In this document: in pieces, positions 10,268 through 18,766 of the stretch
Layout of the letters: the number at the start of each line of letters is the position of its first letter
Numbering within the stretch: position 1 is the first letter of the stretch
NCBI GenBank assembly: GCA_965226495.1
Contig: OZ245365.1
Coordinates: forward strand, 5,600,001 to 5,664,000
Direction: 5' to 3'
Source: Candidatus Marinacidobacterales bacterium
GTDB lineage: Bacteria; Acidobacteriota; Vicinamibacteria; Marinacidobacterales; DATDRI01
DNA length: 64,000 bases
Position numbers and translations under genes: made by a program
The notes under the pieces: model-generated
Seen by the model: only the letters and a program-made list of their open reading frames with translations
What the model was told of the DNA's origin: nothing
Databases searched by the model: none

Positions 10268-11359
10268 ATGGACCCCATCGCGCACACCCTCGTCGGAGCG
10301 GCGCTCGCTCAGACCGGGCTAGGGCGCAAGACCGCCTGTGGAACGGCCGCTCTAGTTATTGGCGCCAACCTACCCGACATCGACGGCTTATCGTTGCTCG
10401 CCGGGCTCGATCCTTCACTGCTCTTCCGCCGGGGTTGGACGCACGGCGTACTGGCGCTCGTCTTGCTCCCGTTGGTGCTCACGGGAGTCCTCGTTTTCTG
10501 GAATCGTTTGAAGACATTCCCATCCGACGGGCCGCCTCTTCGAACTGGCGTGCTCCTCAGCTTGTCCTACTTCGCGATCGCCACGCACTCAACCCTCGAC
10601 TGGCTGAACAACTACGGCATGCGTTGGCTCATGCCCTTCGAGGGTCGGTGGTACTACGGCGACACGCTTTTCATCACCGACCCTTGGATCTGGCTCATGC
10701 TGGGTGGTGCGGTCTTTCTATTCCGCTCGCGCCGCGTCGCGAGCCTAGCCGCTTGGGCGACTCTCGCTGGGCTCTGGCTGCTGCTTCTATTCGGCGTGCC
10801 GGAGCTGTGGTCGGCGAAGGTCCTTTGGTGCATCGGACTCATCGTCTTCATCGTGCTGCGCGTCTGGCGCGTCGGCAGCGGGGAACGTGCTGCGAATCGC
10901 CTCGCCGCCGGTGCTACCGCCATCGTCTTCTTGTATATCGTTGCCATGTACGGCACGGCGCGGTACGCCCGCTTGGCGACAGAGAAGGATCTCGCCGACC
11001 GCGGAGTTCAGGTGGAGAGGATCATGATGGGACCGGTGCCGGTTACGCCCTTCGTCAAAGACGTCGTCGCCCAAACGCCCGAAGGCTATCGGTACGGCAA
11101 GGCGCGGCTTTTTCCCCGATTCGAGCTCGAGTTGGCCCCCAAACCGCTCCCTCTGCTCGAGGAGTCACCAGTAGTACAAAAGGCAATCGCATCACCGAGC
11201 GTTCGTGGCTTCATGAACTGGGCTCGTTTTCCTTTCGCGGACGTCGAGGAAAGCACATCGGCCTTCACCGTCTACCTATTGGATGCCAGATACACGCGCT
11301 CGAGGACGCAGGGTTTCGGAACGGCTCGCGTCGAGCTCTCGAAAGACCAGCTCGAATGA
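10268..11359 (+). CDS. Membrane-bound metal-dependent hydrolase (YdjM/YfhP family)
   Basis: MDPIAH, NLPDID, RRGWTHG and H..LDWLNNYG..WLMPF...D.LFITDP. Confidence 0.85.
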   Translation: MDPIAHTLVGAALAQTGLGRKTACGTAALVIGANLPDIDGLSLLAGLDPSLLFRRGWTHGVLALVLLPLVLTGVLVFWNRLKTFPSDGPPLRTGVLLSLSYFAIATHSTLDWLNNYGMRWLMPFEGRWYYGDTLFITDPWIWLMLGGAVFLFRSRRVASLAAWATLAGLWLLLLFGVPELWSAKVLWCIGLIVFIVLRVWRVGSGERAANRLAAGATAIVFLYIVAMYGTARYARLATEKDLADRGVQVERIMMGPVPVTPFVKDVVAQTPEGYRYGKARLFPRFELELAPKPLPLLEESPVVQKAIASPSVRGFMNWARFPFADVEESTSAFTVYLLDARYTRSRTQGFGTARVELSKDQLE

Positions 11360-11519
11360 AGCAGTAGCTCACAGGAGAAGCGAAACCCCGCTTCGTCCAC
11401 TCGCGAAATCCCTTGCGCTCGGCATTTCGACGCAGAGACCGAACCTCCTCCGACCGCCGTACGTTTTGTGGAATTTCGCCCCAATTTGCCGAACGGGGCT
11501 AGGCATTTAGGGGGTTTTT

Positions 11520-12803
11520 ATGGTAGAAACGGTCATGCCGCCAACCAAAAAAGCAGCTACTCGTCCATCTCGTAAACCTAAATCCAAGGCCCGGACCAAG
11601 AAAAAAGGCGTTAAGCGGAGGACCGCGACGAAACGCAAGGCAAAGGCCCCGGCCCGCAAGAAGGCCGTCAAGAAGGCGGTGAAGTCCAAGAAAAAGGCAA
11701 CGTCCAAGAAGGTGACAAAGCGCAAGAAGATCACCAAGAAGAAGGCCCGGAAAAGGAAAGGCAAGAAGAAGGCGACGGCGTCGAGCGGAGTACCTCAATA
11801 CCTACTTTCCGTCGACGTCGAGAACATTCGTTGCTTTGGACCGACGCAGACGCTGCAACTTTCCGGCGATCGATCAACCCCCTATGCCTGGACCGTGATT
11901 TTTGGCGACAACGGCGTAGGCAAGACGACACTCCTCCAGGCGGTCTGCAGCATCGCGTCGACGCTCCAGGACCGAAAGGAAGTGCCGTCGTTCATCCGAT
12001 ACAACTGGCAGCCTCAAAGACGGACTACCCAGACGGCTCAGGTTACGGCGCGGGTGCTTCTCCGTCCACGGGAGGCCGCCCCGTTTACCGTGCGTTACGC
12101 ACCGCAACGACGGCGGACCAGTCCCCCGCCGCGGTGGGATTTCGACCGTGATGGTGCGATGAACTACTGCGGCTACGGTGCGTCTCGCCGGCATGGGCAA
12201 GCCGCGGATTCCGGACGTAAGCCGCTGGAGTCGTCCGGGGACGAAAGCCTGTTCATCGACGACGCGCAGCTTCTCAACGCCGAAGAGTGGTTCGTACAAA
12301 TGAGCCACTTCGGCCCCGCCCGTCGCCAGCTTCGGGAAGCTCGCGCGGCAAAGAAAGTTCGCGACCTGCTCGCGTCCATCCTCCTCGACGTCTCCGACAT
12401 TCGCATCGCGTCGCGGCAAGGCCGCGCCGGCGTCGAGTTCAAGACACACTTCGGCTGGGTGCCCTTGAAAGGGCTCAGCATGGGCTACCGCACGCTTATC
12501 GCGTGGATCGTCGACTATGCCCGCCGCCTCTACGTCTTGAATCCGCGGAGCTCGAACCCCCTCGCGGCCCCCGCCGTCGTCTGTGTCGATGAAATCGATC
12601 TCCACTTGCACCAACGGTGGCAGCGTAATCTGATGACGTTCCTAACGGAGACCTTTCCGAAGACACAGTTCATCTGTACGGCACACAATCGTACCGTGGC
12701 ACAGGCCGTCCCCCGCGATGCCAACCTCGTTCTATTGCGGCGCAAAGGAGACCACGTCGAGATTCATAACCATGCTGCGGAACTCTTGGAAGGCGTACGT
12801 TGA
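11520..12803 (+). CDS. ABC/AAA_21-type ATPase (COG3950/PtuA-like) with Lys/Arg-rich histone-H1-like N-terminal tail
   Basis: ENIRCF, Walker A GDNGVGKT, signature LSMGY, Walker B VCVDEIDLHLH and H-loop TAH. The N-terminal ~80 aa are over half K/R. Confidence 0.85.
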   Translation: MVETVMPPTKKAATRPSRKPKSKARTKKKGVKRRTATKRKAKAPARKKAVKKAVKSKKKATSKKVTKRKKITKKKARKRKGKKKATASSGVPQYLLSVDVENIRCFGPTQTLQLSGDRSTPYAWTVIFGDNGVGKTTLLQAVCSIASTLQDRKEVPSFIRYNWQPQRRTTQTAQVTARVLLRPREAAPFTVRYAPQRRRTSPPPRWDFDRDGAMNYCGYGASRRHGQAADSGRKPLESSGDESLFIDDAQLLNAEEWFVQMSHFGPARRQLREARAAKKVRDLLASILLDVSDIRIASRQGRAGVEFKTHFGWVPLKGLSMGYRTLIAWIVDYARRLYVLNPRSSNPLAAPAVVCVDEIDLHLHQRWQRNLMTFLTETFPKTQFICTAHNRTVAQAVPRDANLVLLRRKGDHVEIHNHAAELLEGVR

Positions 12804-12961
12804 TCGGGCTCGAAGTCGAAGACAAGTAGCCTGAACAATCGTTGGGCGGCCCTCCCACCTAGGCCTCGGGTCGCAAGAACGGCGCCACGTCTCTGCGTGG
12901 AACCGCAACTATCATCCCACCGGACCTCGCGAGAAGTAGGGCACGTTTACCGGATCGGATC

Positions 12962-13600
12962 TTAGGCGCTCCCTGTCGAAGTCGTCGCATTCGTTTGATC
13001 GATCGGCGACTCTGGCTCCCGAGGATCCTCAAGAGGAGGGCCTGATCGGCACAACGGACAATCGCTTGGTTTCCACAGGTCGAACCTGCGGCGATGCAGC
13101 GTCTCCACGGGTACGCCCTGATCGGCGAAGTGGATCAGGGCCGCGTCGCCAAGGACTAGGAGCGCACCGACGACAATGGTCGATGCACCTGCGGCTGCGA
13201 GGGCCACGGCAGTGGCTCGCGCGGACGACCCGGCGCTGATGACGTCGTCAACCACGGCGATCGATTGGCCGCGAACCAGCCGCTTCAACGCGCGCGGCAA
13301 CTGATACTCCGCGGTGAACAGTGAAGAGTCGCCAGGCGCGACGAGCTCTGTGTAACAGAAACGAGAGCCGAGTGACGTCGCGATGGCCTGAGCGAGAAAC
13401 GCGCCCCCGAGCAACGGTCCGCACACCGCCGCGGCCGCGTGAGGTCGCAGCCGGTCGGCCAGGGCGGCAACCAGGGGTGCGACAGTCGCCGGGTCGGCAA
13501 AGAGCCCGTCGAGCGTGAGCCAGATGTCGGAGTGGTAACCAGATTCCAGGAGAAAGTGACCCCGGCGAGCCGGCAACGCTTCCAAGATGTCTCCGGTCAT
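12962..13600 (-). CDS. Orotate phosphoribosyltransferase-like PRTase
   Basis: GHFLLESGYHS, PRPP motif IAVVDDVISAGSS and C-terminal CPLC, as in PyrE-type proteins. Confidence 0.75.
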   Translation of the reverse strand: MTGDILEALPARRGHFLLESGYHSDIWLTLDGLFADPATVAPLVAALADRLRPHAAAAVCGPLLGGAFLAQAIATSLGSRFCYTELVAPGDSSLFTAEYQLPRALKRLVRGQSIAVVDDVISAGSSARATAVALAAAGASTIVVGALLVLGDAALIHFADQGVPVETLHRRRFDLWKPSDCPLCRSGPPLEDPREPESPIDQTNATTSTGSA

Positions 13601-13629
13601 CGCTCTCTCTGGTAGCCAGATGCTCCTAG

Positions 13630-14040
13630 TCAGTCCTTCTCACTGCTTATGAAACGATAGATGGCCGCGCCCAGCACAGCACCCACAATGGGGGCCACCC
13701 AGAAAAGCCACAACTGCGAAACAGCCCAATCGCCAACAAACACTGCTACGCCCGTGCTGCGTGCAGGATTCACGGAGGTATTCGTAACTGGAATACTGAT
13801 CAAGTGAATCAGTGTGAGCCCAAACCCAATTGCAATGGGCGCAAAACCTTGCGGTGCAAGCTTGTCGGTCGCACCGAGAATTATGAGCAAGAACATCAGG
13901 TCATGACAACTTCGGTGACCAGCGCTGCCAGCAAGGAGTATCCGCCCGGCGAATGTTCGCCATAGCCATTTGAAGCAAAACCCGCCGAAACTTCAAAGCC
14001 GGCCTTTCCACTGGCGATGAGTTGCACCATAACGCTTCAT
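13630..14040 (-). pseudogene. aqpZ: Aquaporin Z remnant (large internal deletion plus frameshift)
   Basis: RBS GGAGGAG and ATG-MKRYGA join directly to [41 protein letters not shown]. After a -1 shift it continues [11 protein letters not shown]...[10 protein letters not shown]. The first NPA half is missing. Confidence 0.9.
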
Positions 14041-14293
14041 GCTCTCCTCCCCTTGTTTGTCGATGAAGACCGCCTAACAGCCGGTTAGGGGCTGCGCAAG
14101 GGGTCGATGTCATCGACGTTTTGTTAGCTAGGTTACCGGTTGCTCAATCAACCGCCCATTTTCTTTTCGTAGCTGCGTCGGTATGCGGACAGCCTGTTTC
14201 GGTACAGGAAAAGGCTGACCCCGTACCCGATCCCGTCGAACACCAATGAGACAATTTGGAACCAAGCGGTAGCGAAACTTTGAAGGAAGGAAT

Positions 14294-14370
14294 TGGCGCG
14301 CCCTGGGCGATTCGAACACCCGACCTACTGATTCGTAGTCAGTCACTCTATCCAGCTGAGCTAAGGGCGC
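14294..14370 (-). tRNA. tRNA-Arg(ACG)
   Basis: GCGCCCTTAGCTCAGCTGGATAGAGTGACTGACTACGAATCAGTAGGTCGGGTGTTCGAATCGCCCAGGGCGCGCCA; cloverleaf, anticodon ACG, CCA end. Confidence 0.97.
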
Positions 14371-14387
14371 GCCCTGGTGAGAACCGA

Positions 14388-14416
14388 ATGCTAACAAAGG
14401 TTCCGCGGGTGATCAA
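14388..14416 (-). promoter_or_regulatory. Putative sigma70 promoter for tRNA-Arg
   Basis: Minus strand TTGATC-N17-TAGCAT just upstream of the tRNA. Confidence 0.55.
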
Positions 14417-15339
14417 ATCCCCACCGACGGCTCGCTCATTCCATCGGTAAGGTGGGCATGCGCCATGTGGGGTGTGTTGAAAGCAAATCCCAGACTTCCA
14501 TCGGGTGAAGTAATAATGATGCCACCTCGTCCGTCGGTGCGCATCTCGAGGAAACCGATGGCTCGGCGGGCAGCCTCCGGAGCGGGAACGCCGGAGCCCA
14601 AAAACTCTACGGCTCGCCGCGCCATCAACACGCGGATAATCCCTTCACCCCATCCCGTCGAGGTAGCGGCACCGAGCCGATCATCCGCATAAAGGCCGGA
14701 GCCGACGAGCGGGGAGTCTCCCACCCGACCGGGAAGCTTCAGGAGCGACCCCCCGGTGGAGCTTGCCGCGGCAAGATGCCCGTGCGAGTCCCGCGCCACG
14801 GCCCCCACGGTGTCGCCCGGCCCGAAGCTAATCGGATACTCCTTTTGCCTCTTCTGTTCACTAAGTTCCTTGGCCTTTTCCCAACGCGCGCGTTCACGTT
14901 CGACGATTAGAGTGGACGGCGCGCAGGTGGCAACTCCCTGAGAACGAGCGAACGCGACGGCGCCTGCTCCGACGAGGAAGACGTGAGGCGAACGATCCAT
15001 GACGCGCCTTGCCAATTCCAAAGGATGTTCGATGCCTTGTACTGCCGCCACCGCTCCGACCCCGAGGTTGGCCCCTTCCATGATCGCGGCGTCGAGCTCT
15101 ACTTCTCCAGCCTGGTTCAAAACCGCGCCGCGACCGGCGTTGAAAGTAGCATCATCCTCCATGAGTCGGACCGCTTCCCCCACCGCGTCCACCGAGGAGC
15201 CGCCACTCTCCAGCACTTCGAACCCCGCACGCGCTGCCCGGGCAACCCCTTCGCGATGTGGTTCTACCTCGTTTGCCGGAGTCGCCCATGCGCCTCCATG
15301 GACCAAGATGGCTCTTCTCGATGACACGTTGTTTCCCAT
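14413..15339 (-). CDS. iaaA: Isoaspartyl peptidase/L-asparaginase (Ntn hydrolase)
   Basis: ILVHGGA, EDDATFNAGRG, ELDAAIMEG, DTVGAVA (Thr nucleophile), STGG and GRVGDSP. Start is uncertain (ATG 15339 or ORF start 15381). Confidence 0.92.
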   Translation of the reverse strand: MGNNVSSRRAILVHGGAWATPANEVEPHREGVARAARAGFEVLESGGSSVDAVGEAVRLMEDDATFNAGRGAVLNQAGEVELDAAIMEGANLGVGAVAAVQGIEHPLELARRVMDRSPHVFLVGAGAVAFARSQGVATCAPSTLIVERERARWEKAKELSEQKRQKEYPISFGPGDTVGAVARDSHGHLAAASSTGGSLLKLPGRVGDSPLVGSGLYADDRLGAATSTGWGEGIIRVLMARRAVEFLGSGVPAPEAARRAIGFLEMRTDGRGGIIITSPDGSLGFAFNTPHMAHAHLTDGMSEPSVGI

Positions 15340-15416
15340 TTCGAGTTCGGGATTGTTGCCCAGCAGAAGGTCCCGGCGCAAGCCGAACCGCTGCCGGCAT
15401 CAGGAAAAGGAGGATG

Positions 15417-15491
15417 TGGTAGCGCTACGGGGAATCGAACCCCGGTTTGATGGCTGAGAACCACCCGTCCTAACCCCTAGACGATAGCGCC
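15417..15491 (-). tRNA. tRNA-Glu(CTC)
   Basis: GGCGCTATCGTCTAGGGGTTAGGACGGGTGGTTCTCAGCCATCAAACCGGGGTTCGATTCCCCGTAGCGCTACCA. Confidence 0.96.
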
Positions 15492-15522
15492 ACCAAGGAA
15501 GCTCGGATGAGCCGAGCAATCG

Positions 15523-15552
15523 AGGCTAACACAGGGTGCGGACCACTGTCAA
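15523..15552 (-). promoter_or_regulatory. Putative sigma70 promoter for tRNA-Glu and iaaA
   Basis: Minus strand TTGACA-N18-TAGCCT with an extended -10 TG. Confidence 0.55.
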
Positions 15553-15679
15553 AATAACCGCATATCCGAGGTCTAAGTTGGTGAGGCCCTCTGACGTATG
15601 CTAAAATGTTCTGTAACTCCTGACAATTTAGTGGCTTTTTCCGTCCATCGAGGCGGTTTTCGAGCGAGAAAACCGGGCA

Positions 15680-18571
15680 ATGCTAGGCCGTCTTAAGAAG
15701 CGGATCGAAAACTTGATGGGTGACACCTCCGCCGCGACGGCGGAGCCTACCCCCGAAACGTCCGACCCCTCGTTCGTTAAAGCGCCCCGGCAACGGCCCC
15801 AATGGCAGCACGATCCCGAGGTGGCCAAGAAATTGGCCCGCCGGGAGGCTCAGCGACGGGAGGTGAGGCTCCTCCTGAAGGAACGGATTCACAATCGCTG
15901 CGTCGTTCTAATGAGTGAGGTTCGGAACCACCTTCTTTCCGAGATCCATAACTCCCTTGAAGAGCATAGTGGCCCGAGAACGCTCAAAGGCATTCTCGAG
16001 ATCACCTTGGATCCGAATTTTATTCGAACTCTCGACAACAAGATCGACAGTCTCGCTTTCAAGCTCATCGAAAGACTGAAGAGCGAGTTCCGAAAAGAAA
16101 AAGAAATCGATCCGCTCTTGCCAATGTCGTCGACCCTCGTCGAGGAGCTCAGGACGTACCGCGACCAAATCGTTCGGACTCACATACTCGACCAAGTAGA
16201 GGTCTTCGCTTTGCCGCAACTCGGAGAGGTCTTTCCCGAGGGTGGCGCGTCACCCGAGCAACTGAAGCAGGGCATCACGAGTTATTGGAAGACTTGCCAC
16301 GAGGCGATCGACCTCTTCTTTCACGCCGTCGAGATGTCGCTCCTGAACGGAACCAGAGAAGGCCTTCGAATTGACGCCGCCGTCATCCGAGAACGACTCC
16401 TCGCAGCGCAGTATCGCAATGGCTATCGCGCTCTCGGAATTCGCCTAACCGAGGAGTATGGACAAGTAGCTCAGCTTCAAATGTCGAAAGGTAATCGCCT
16501 CGATAAGATGCGTCCTCAAATCGACCGCCAAGTCGTGGAGGGGATCATCGTGCCCCTGGCCTTCTTCATCCGCGACCGTGTAGAACCGGAGCCCCTGGAA
16601 GCGCTGCGAAGTCGAGCCGAACTCTTTCGTGACATCGTAGACAAGATGATCACTAGCGGGGATCCCTTCAGCCGAACCGCGGAAGCCCTGAAGCCCCTCT
16701 TGAGAAGAAGCATTGAACAAGCGCGCCCCATCGTGCTGGAGGCTTTTTCCTACCTTGCCGCTCCCATCGAAAGTCTCAAACCGACGGAAGTGCATCGCGC
16801 CACCGCTCTTCTTCATATGTTCGAGACACTCCTGAAACCCGAACTCGATGAGAAGGCCCTCCAGGCCGTCGAACAGAACGTCCGACTCAACAAAAATCAG
16901 TACTACATCTATACGCACATTGACCGGACCTACCCGAGATTGCTGCCCCTATTGCATCCACTGGACCGCGTCCAACCTTTGGACGCGGACTTCTTCCTGA
17001 AGTTCCTCCAAGGGTTCGAGCCCTCCGCGGAAGCCATCGAGACCATGGCCCGCCGACTCGGCTACTTGCCACCGGACGATCCCTCTCCCAACGATTCCTT
17101 GGGCCTGATTCGAGCGATCGCCGTCCTCGCCCTACCCCGACGAGAGCTCACTTCCTGGCAGTTTCTGTACAGCCCCACTCCGCCGACCCCAAAGGAGCTC
17201 GCGGTTCTCGCCAAGACCGTAACTCAGCAGTTTCGACCGACCGGCATCGGGGCCTACGACCGTCAGCAGTCCATCGGCGCCCATCCAGTGCCCGTCGACC
17301 TGCCCACCGCCCTCGGCGCAATCGACTTCCAGCCGGACAAAAAGAATCGACTCGAAGCCTTTACAAAAGAAGTTCGTGAGCTCATCGAGGCGGGCAAGGC
17401 GTCGGATCTACGCGAGGCACTCGACCACCTCCGGCGTTTTCGCCGAGCCGTCGAAGAACAACGCATCAAACGAGGTTTGGTGGACACCGAGACATCCCCT
17501 TACGTCGGCGAAATTTGGTTGAAGGAGTCCGGAGAGATGGTCGGCATTCTTTCTTACGATGGTCCAGGGTTCGGCGAAATTCCCATCGAGCAGATGGTTC
17601 GTAAGCCGGCCGGAGGAAACCATGCCGAGGTGGAACGGGCACTCCGCCGGCAGCTCACGAATCAGGCGCTGATCTACAAGGCCTTCCACAATCTGTTCAC
17701 CGGCGAAAAAGACGTTGCGCTCTCCCACCGTCGAACCCTTCCCACCTATCTCAAGACTACTTACGAGAAGATCGAAACGAAGAGAAACGCGTTGCTCATA
17801 CACCTCCGCAACGCCCGCTTGCTCCTCAGGCGTATGGAGGAGTTCGCGGCGATGATTCTGGAGTCTCACCCCTCTACCAAGAACGATACCGCAACCGTTG
17901 CCCAAATACTTACCGGTCTGAGCCGCAAAATCGATCAGTTCCTGGCTGGAGTGGACAAGTCCTCATCGCCGAAAGATCTTGCTCGCTTTGCCCGAGAGCA
18001 CGAACGCATACTCAAGTACTTGAACACCGCCATCCTGCATTCCGTCAATCCCTGGCTCGAGCGTCAGACCCGGAACCTCGGAACGGAATTCGAGTTCCGC
18101 GAGGAAGAGGTGGTGGAAGCCATTCGTGTAGCGGTCTTGGCGAACAAGATGGATTGGAATGAGGTCACCAGGTGTAAGGTCAATCCAATCCGAGGCACAC
18201 TGGGATGTCGAGCGCTACTCGAGCTCCGGGACGGCGCTTCCAAGGTGGTGCTTTGCGAGTTCGATCGCCGTTACCAACGTTGGAAGGTCAACCACATCGC
18301 ACCACTCGTCATGGACGTGGTCCGAGCGGAATTGGTTCGCCTAGGTCACACCCTTCCTCAGAAGTACGATGAGAAATTCGAGCAAGCAACGTTCAGTCTC
18401 GACGAACCGGCTTGCCGCTTTATGCTGAGGAAGGACGGCGTAGCGCGAGTCGAAGCGACCCTGGTTCTCAAAACCCACCCGACCGGCCACGAGTGGCATG
18501 TCGTTTACCTCAAGTGGGACGACGACGTTCTTATCGATCGCGCCAATCCTCTCGCCGAACAAGCCGAGTAG
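15680..18571 (+). CDS. Large hypothetical protein (963 aa, predicted cytoplasmic, helical)
   Basis: Long ORF with host-like codon usage and upstream TGcTAAAAT; no motif I recognise. Confidence 0.85.
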   Translation: MLGRLKKRIENLMGDTSAATAEPTPETSDPSFVKAPRQRPQWQHDPEVAKKLARREAQRREVRLLLKERIHNRCVVLMSEVRNHLLSEIHNSLEEHSGPRTLKGILEITLDPNFIRTLDNKIDSLAFKLIERLKSEFRKEKEIDPLLPMSSTLVEELRTYRDQIVRTHILDQVEVFALPQLGEVFPEGGASPEQLKQGITSYWKTCHEAIDLFFHAVEMSLLNGTREGLRIDAAVIRERLLAAQYRNGYRALGIRLTEEYGQVAQLQMSKGNRLDKMRPQIDRQVVEGIIVPLAFFIRDRVEPEPLEALRSRAELFRDIVDKMITSGDPFSRTAEALKPLLRRSIEQARPIVLEAFSYLAAPIESLKPTEVHRATALLHMFETLLKPELDEKALQAVEQNVRLNKNQYYIYTHIDRTYPRLLPLLHPLDRVQPLDADFFLKFLQGFEPSAEAIETMARRLGYLPPDDPSPNDSLGLIRAIAVLALPRRELTSWQFLYSPTPPTPKELAVLAKTVTQQFRPTGIGAYDRQQSIGAHPVPVDLPTALGAIDFQPDKKNRLEAFTKEVRELIEAGKASDLREALDHLRRFRRAVEEQRIKRGLVDTETSPYVGEIWLKESGEMVGILSYDGPGFGEIPIEQMVRKPAGGNHAEVERALRRQLTNQALIYKAFHNLFTGEKDVALSHRRTLPTYLKTTYEKIETKRNALLIHLRNARLLLRRMEEFAAMILESHPSTKNDTATVAQILTGLSRKIDQFLAGVDKSSSPKDLARFAREHERILKYLNTAILHSVNPWLERQTRNLGTEFEFREEEVVEAIRVAVLANKMDWNEVTRCKVNPIRGTLGCRALLELRDGASKVVLCEFDRRYQRWKVNHIAPLVMDVVRAELVRLGHTLPQKYDEKFEQATFSLDEPACRFMLRKDGVARVEATLVLKTHPTGHEWHVVYLKWDDDVLIDRANPLAEQAE

Positions 18572-18606
18572 TAGGCTGTACCAACGAAGTTGGTACCACC
18601 TCTTTT

Positions 18607-18663
18607 ACCTCTCCCCCGACCGCGGGGGAGAGGTCGTCCGCCGAAGGCGGGCGGGTGAGGAGG
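18607..18663. repeat. REP-like double hairpin, possibly also a terminator
   Basis: acctctcccccg-ac-cgcgggggagaggt followed by cgtccgcc-gaa-ggcgggcg and ggtgagg. Confidence 0.6.
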
Positions 18664-18766
18664 TCGTGGATAGCGGCGATGAAGTCTAGTATCGATTTCA
18701 TTGTTTCAAGACCATAGCTTCCTCGTTCTTGATTGATTGCCCTTCTTTTTCACCGTATGATGCGGG

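Noticed and set aside
11360-12960. Complete Septu or retron defence system
   Set aside because: There is no HNH nuclease, reverse transcriptase or msr/msd-like region next to the ATPase.
4167-14222. GGGGTCAG/CTGACCCC octamers at about 4167 and 14214 as element ends
   Set aside because: They are too short to distinguish from chance in GC-rich DNA.
14128-14450. Short ORFs on both strands
   Set aside because: They overlap tRNA-Arg.
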